Part shown: in pieces, positions 62,760-64,000 of the stretch
Position numbering within the stretch: the stretch's first letter is position 1
Layout: each line of letters opens with the position of its first letter
Origin: Phoronis australis
Lineage: Eukaryota > Animalia > Phoronida
Reading direction: 5' to 3'
DNA: 64,000 nt
Assembly (NCBI GenBank): GCA_002633005.1
Contig: NMRA01000498.1
Location: 51,772-115,771, forward strand
Program-made: the position numbers and the translations under genes
Notes under the pieces: generated by a model
Databases searched by the model: none
The model's input: only the letters and a program-made list of their open reading frames with translations
Told to the model about the DNA's origin: nothing

Positions 62760-63140
62760 GAAAACCCTTATTTTCATAATCCCCCCCCCATCATATTCCA
62801 GGGCAACTAGCAGATCAGTGTGTATACACAATTGGAATACACTGCCTTCAAATAGTGGGTCACCCTCATTGATCAAAACCTTAAAAAGTCACTTCCGTCA
62901 TGCCAATCCAACTAATCCCTCTTACTAAGTTTAAATCTATTCCTAGGGCTCACGACATATCTCTCAATGGATTGCGTTCTGGACTTTTACTTAACTCTGA
63001 TAAATTTTTACACAACTTCAGATACATTTATCCATTGTGCAATTATGGGCAAGTTCAGACTAAAATTCACTTTCTGTTGGACTGTCCAATTAATTATGGG
63101 AACGCTTTAAGGCCAACCCTTTTTAAGAGTGCAATTGGAA
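62760..63140 (+). mobile_element. CR1-type LINE 3' fragment
   Basis: WNTLP...LRSGLLLNSDKFLHN...PLC..GQVQTKIHFLLDCP. Confidence 0.65.
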
Positions 63141-63310
63141 TACATCTCACACCTGTTCAACACACCAATATTCAAAGACAGTGTTACCAACATTGGTGCT
63201 TTTCTATATACCTTTGACACAACAGACAGCATAAATTACAATACAAATGGCACATTTTTTCATGAAGCATAGGGATAAAGCATACAATACATCATACCAC
63301 TAAAATATAC

Positions 63311-63475
63311 CTGTTACACTGTGTACACTGGAGGATAGCCTCTTCTTCCTTGCACTTCTTATCCCATACCAGGCACATTGTAATGTTTCAGCACGGCACA
63401 CAGTGTGTATAGTTGTTCTGCCACAGACAGCCAAAATCTGGCGACTTACTACCGCAGTTCATGCAGATATCTCAC
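63311..63475 (-). pseudogene. KMT2C: KMT2C/D-like pseudo-exon, PHD-finger cluster
   Basis: TTTGCAG/GTAT boundaries; *DICMNCGSKSPDFGCLWQNNYTHCVPC*NITMCLVWDKKCKEEEAILQCTQCNR versus KMT2C CVWCRHCGATSAGLRCEWQNNYTQCAPCASLSSCPVCYRNYREEDLILQCRQCDR; two stops. Confidence 0.88.
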
Positions 63476-63559
63476 CTGCAAATGAAGGGAACTGCCTTGT
63501 TGACGTTTTTTTCATATTTTTATTTTGCTCTAGAATAATAATTACATGTCACATAAAAC

Positions 63560-64000
63560 AATACAGTATACATCGTTTACAAGAATAACATTAAAACATT
63601 AGTTAACAAGTACCGTATTTCCTTCAGGATATAATTTGATAAAGTTAATGAACAATTGGAAATCAAGGGTTTTTTAATAAACTTTTGGCTAAATATGTAA
63701 TTTTTTGCCAGCATGATCAACAGATTAATGTTACAATTTTTCGACTGAATGTTTTCCAAAAAAACAAAAACACTGCTATCTTGTCCACATAAAAATTTAC
63801 ATGATATGTTTGTTTTAACCACTCAGCAAACAGGAGCCAGAAACCGTAGACAAGACGACATTCCCAAATGAGATGGAGAAAAGTTTCACAGCGTTCACCA
63901 CAGAAAGAGCATAGATCACTTGTTTTTATTTTAATTTTATGTAAATAATTATTAGTTGGTAATATTCGGTGGATAAACCAACGCAATTTTGTATCTTTTG
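63560..64000 (-). mobile_element. L1/Tx1-type LINE ORF2 3' fragment (zf-RVT)
   Basis: HRILPTNNYL..IK...CSFC....ETFLHLIWEC..V..FW. Confidence 0.8.

Noticed and set aside
449-63475. Functional KMT2C gene
   Set aside because: In-frame stops, frameshifts, a lost acceptor, lost Zn-ligand cysteines and missing intervening exons.

Overview
Eukaryotic (metazoan, probably marine invertebrate; inferred from TE families) repeat-rich window with no intact host gene and no prokaryotic features. The backbone is a decayed, intron-retaining duplicate of a KMT2C/D (MLL3/4-Lpt-like) gene on the minus strand. Its PHD, YLQ/EAFFGK, 'DSKT..DLL.AVL', WEKDE and HMG-box exons run collinearly from ~63.5 kb to ~0.45 kb, and a second paralogous HMG-region fragment sits at ~37.3-37.9 kb. 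The introns are filled with nested TEs: a Mag-like Gypsy with ~130-bp LTRs, a Gmr1-type Gypsy relic, a solo LTR rich in heat-shock elements, and one full-length intact RTEX-like LINE with TSD. There are also Penelope fragments (one with a variant hammerhead), a CACTA/EnSpm-like element, ISL2EU-like and Kolobok-like relics, many MITEs, and a pervasive Helentron-associated (HINE/DINE-1-like) repeat whose ~430-bp trimeric internal array carries co-oriented CTCF-like motifs. Protein identifications come from manual translation and remembered homolog motifs, not database searches.
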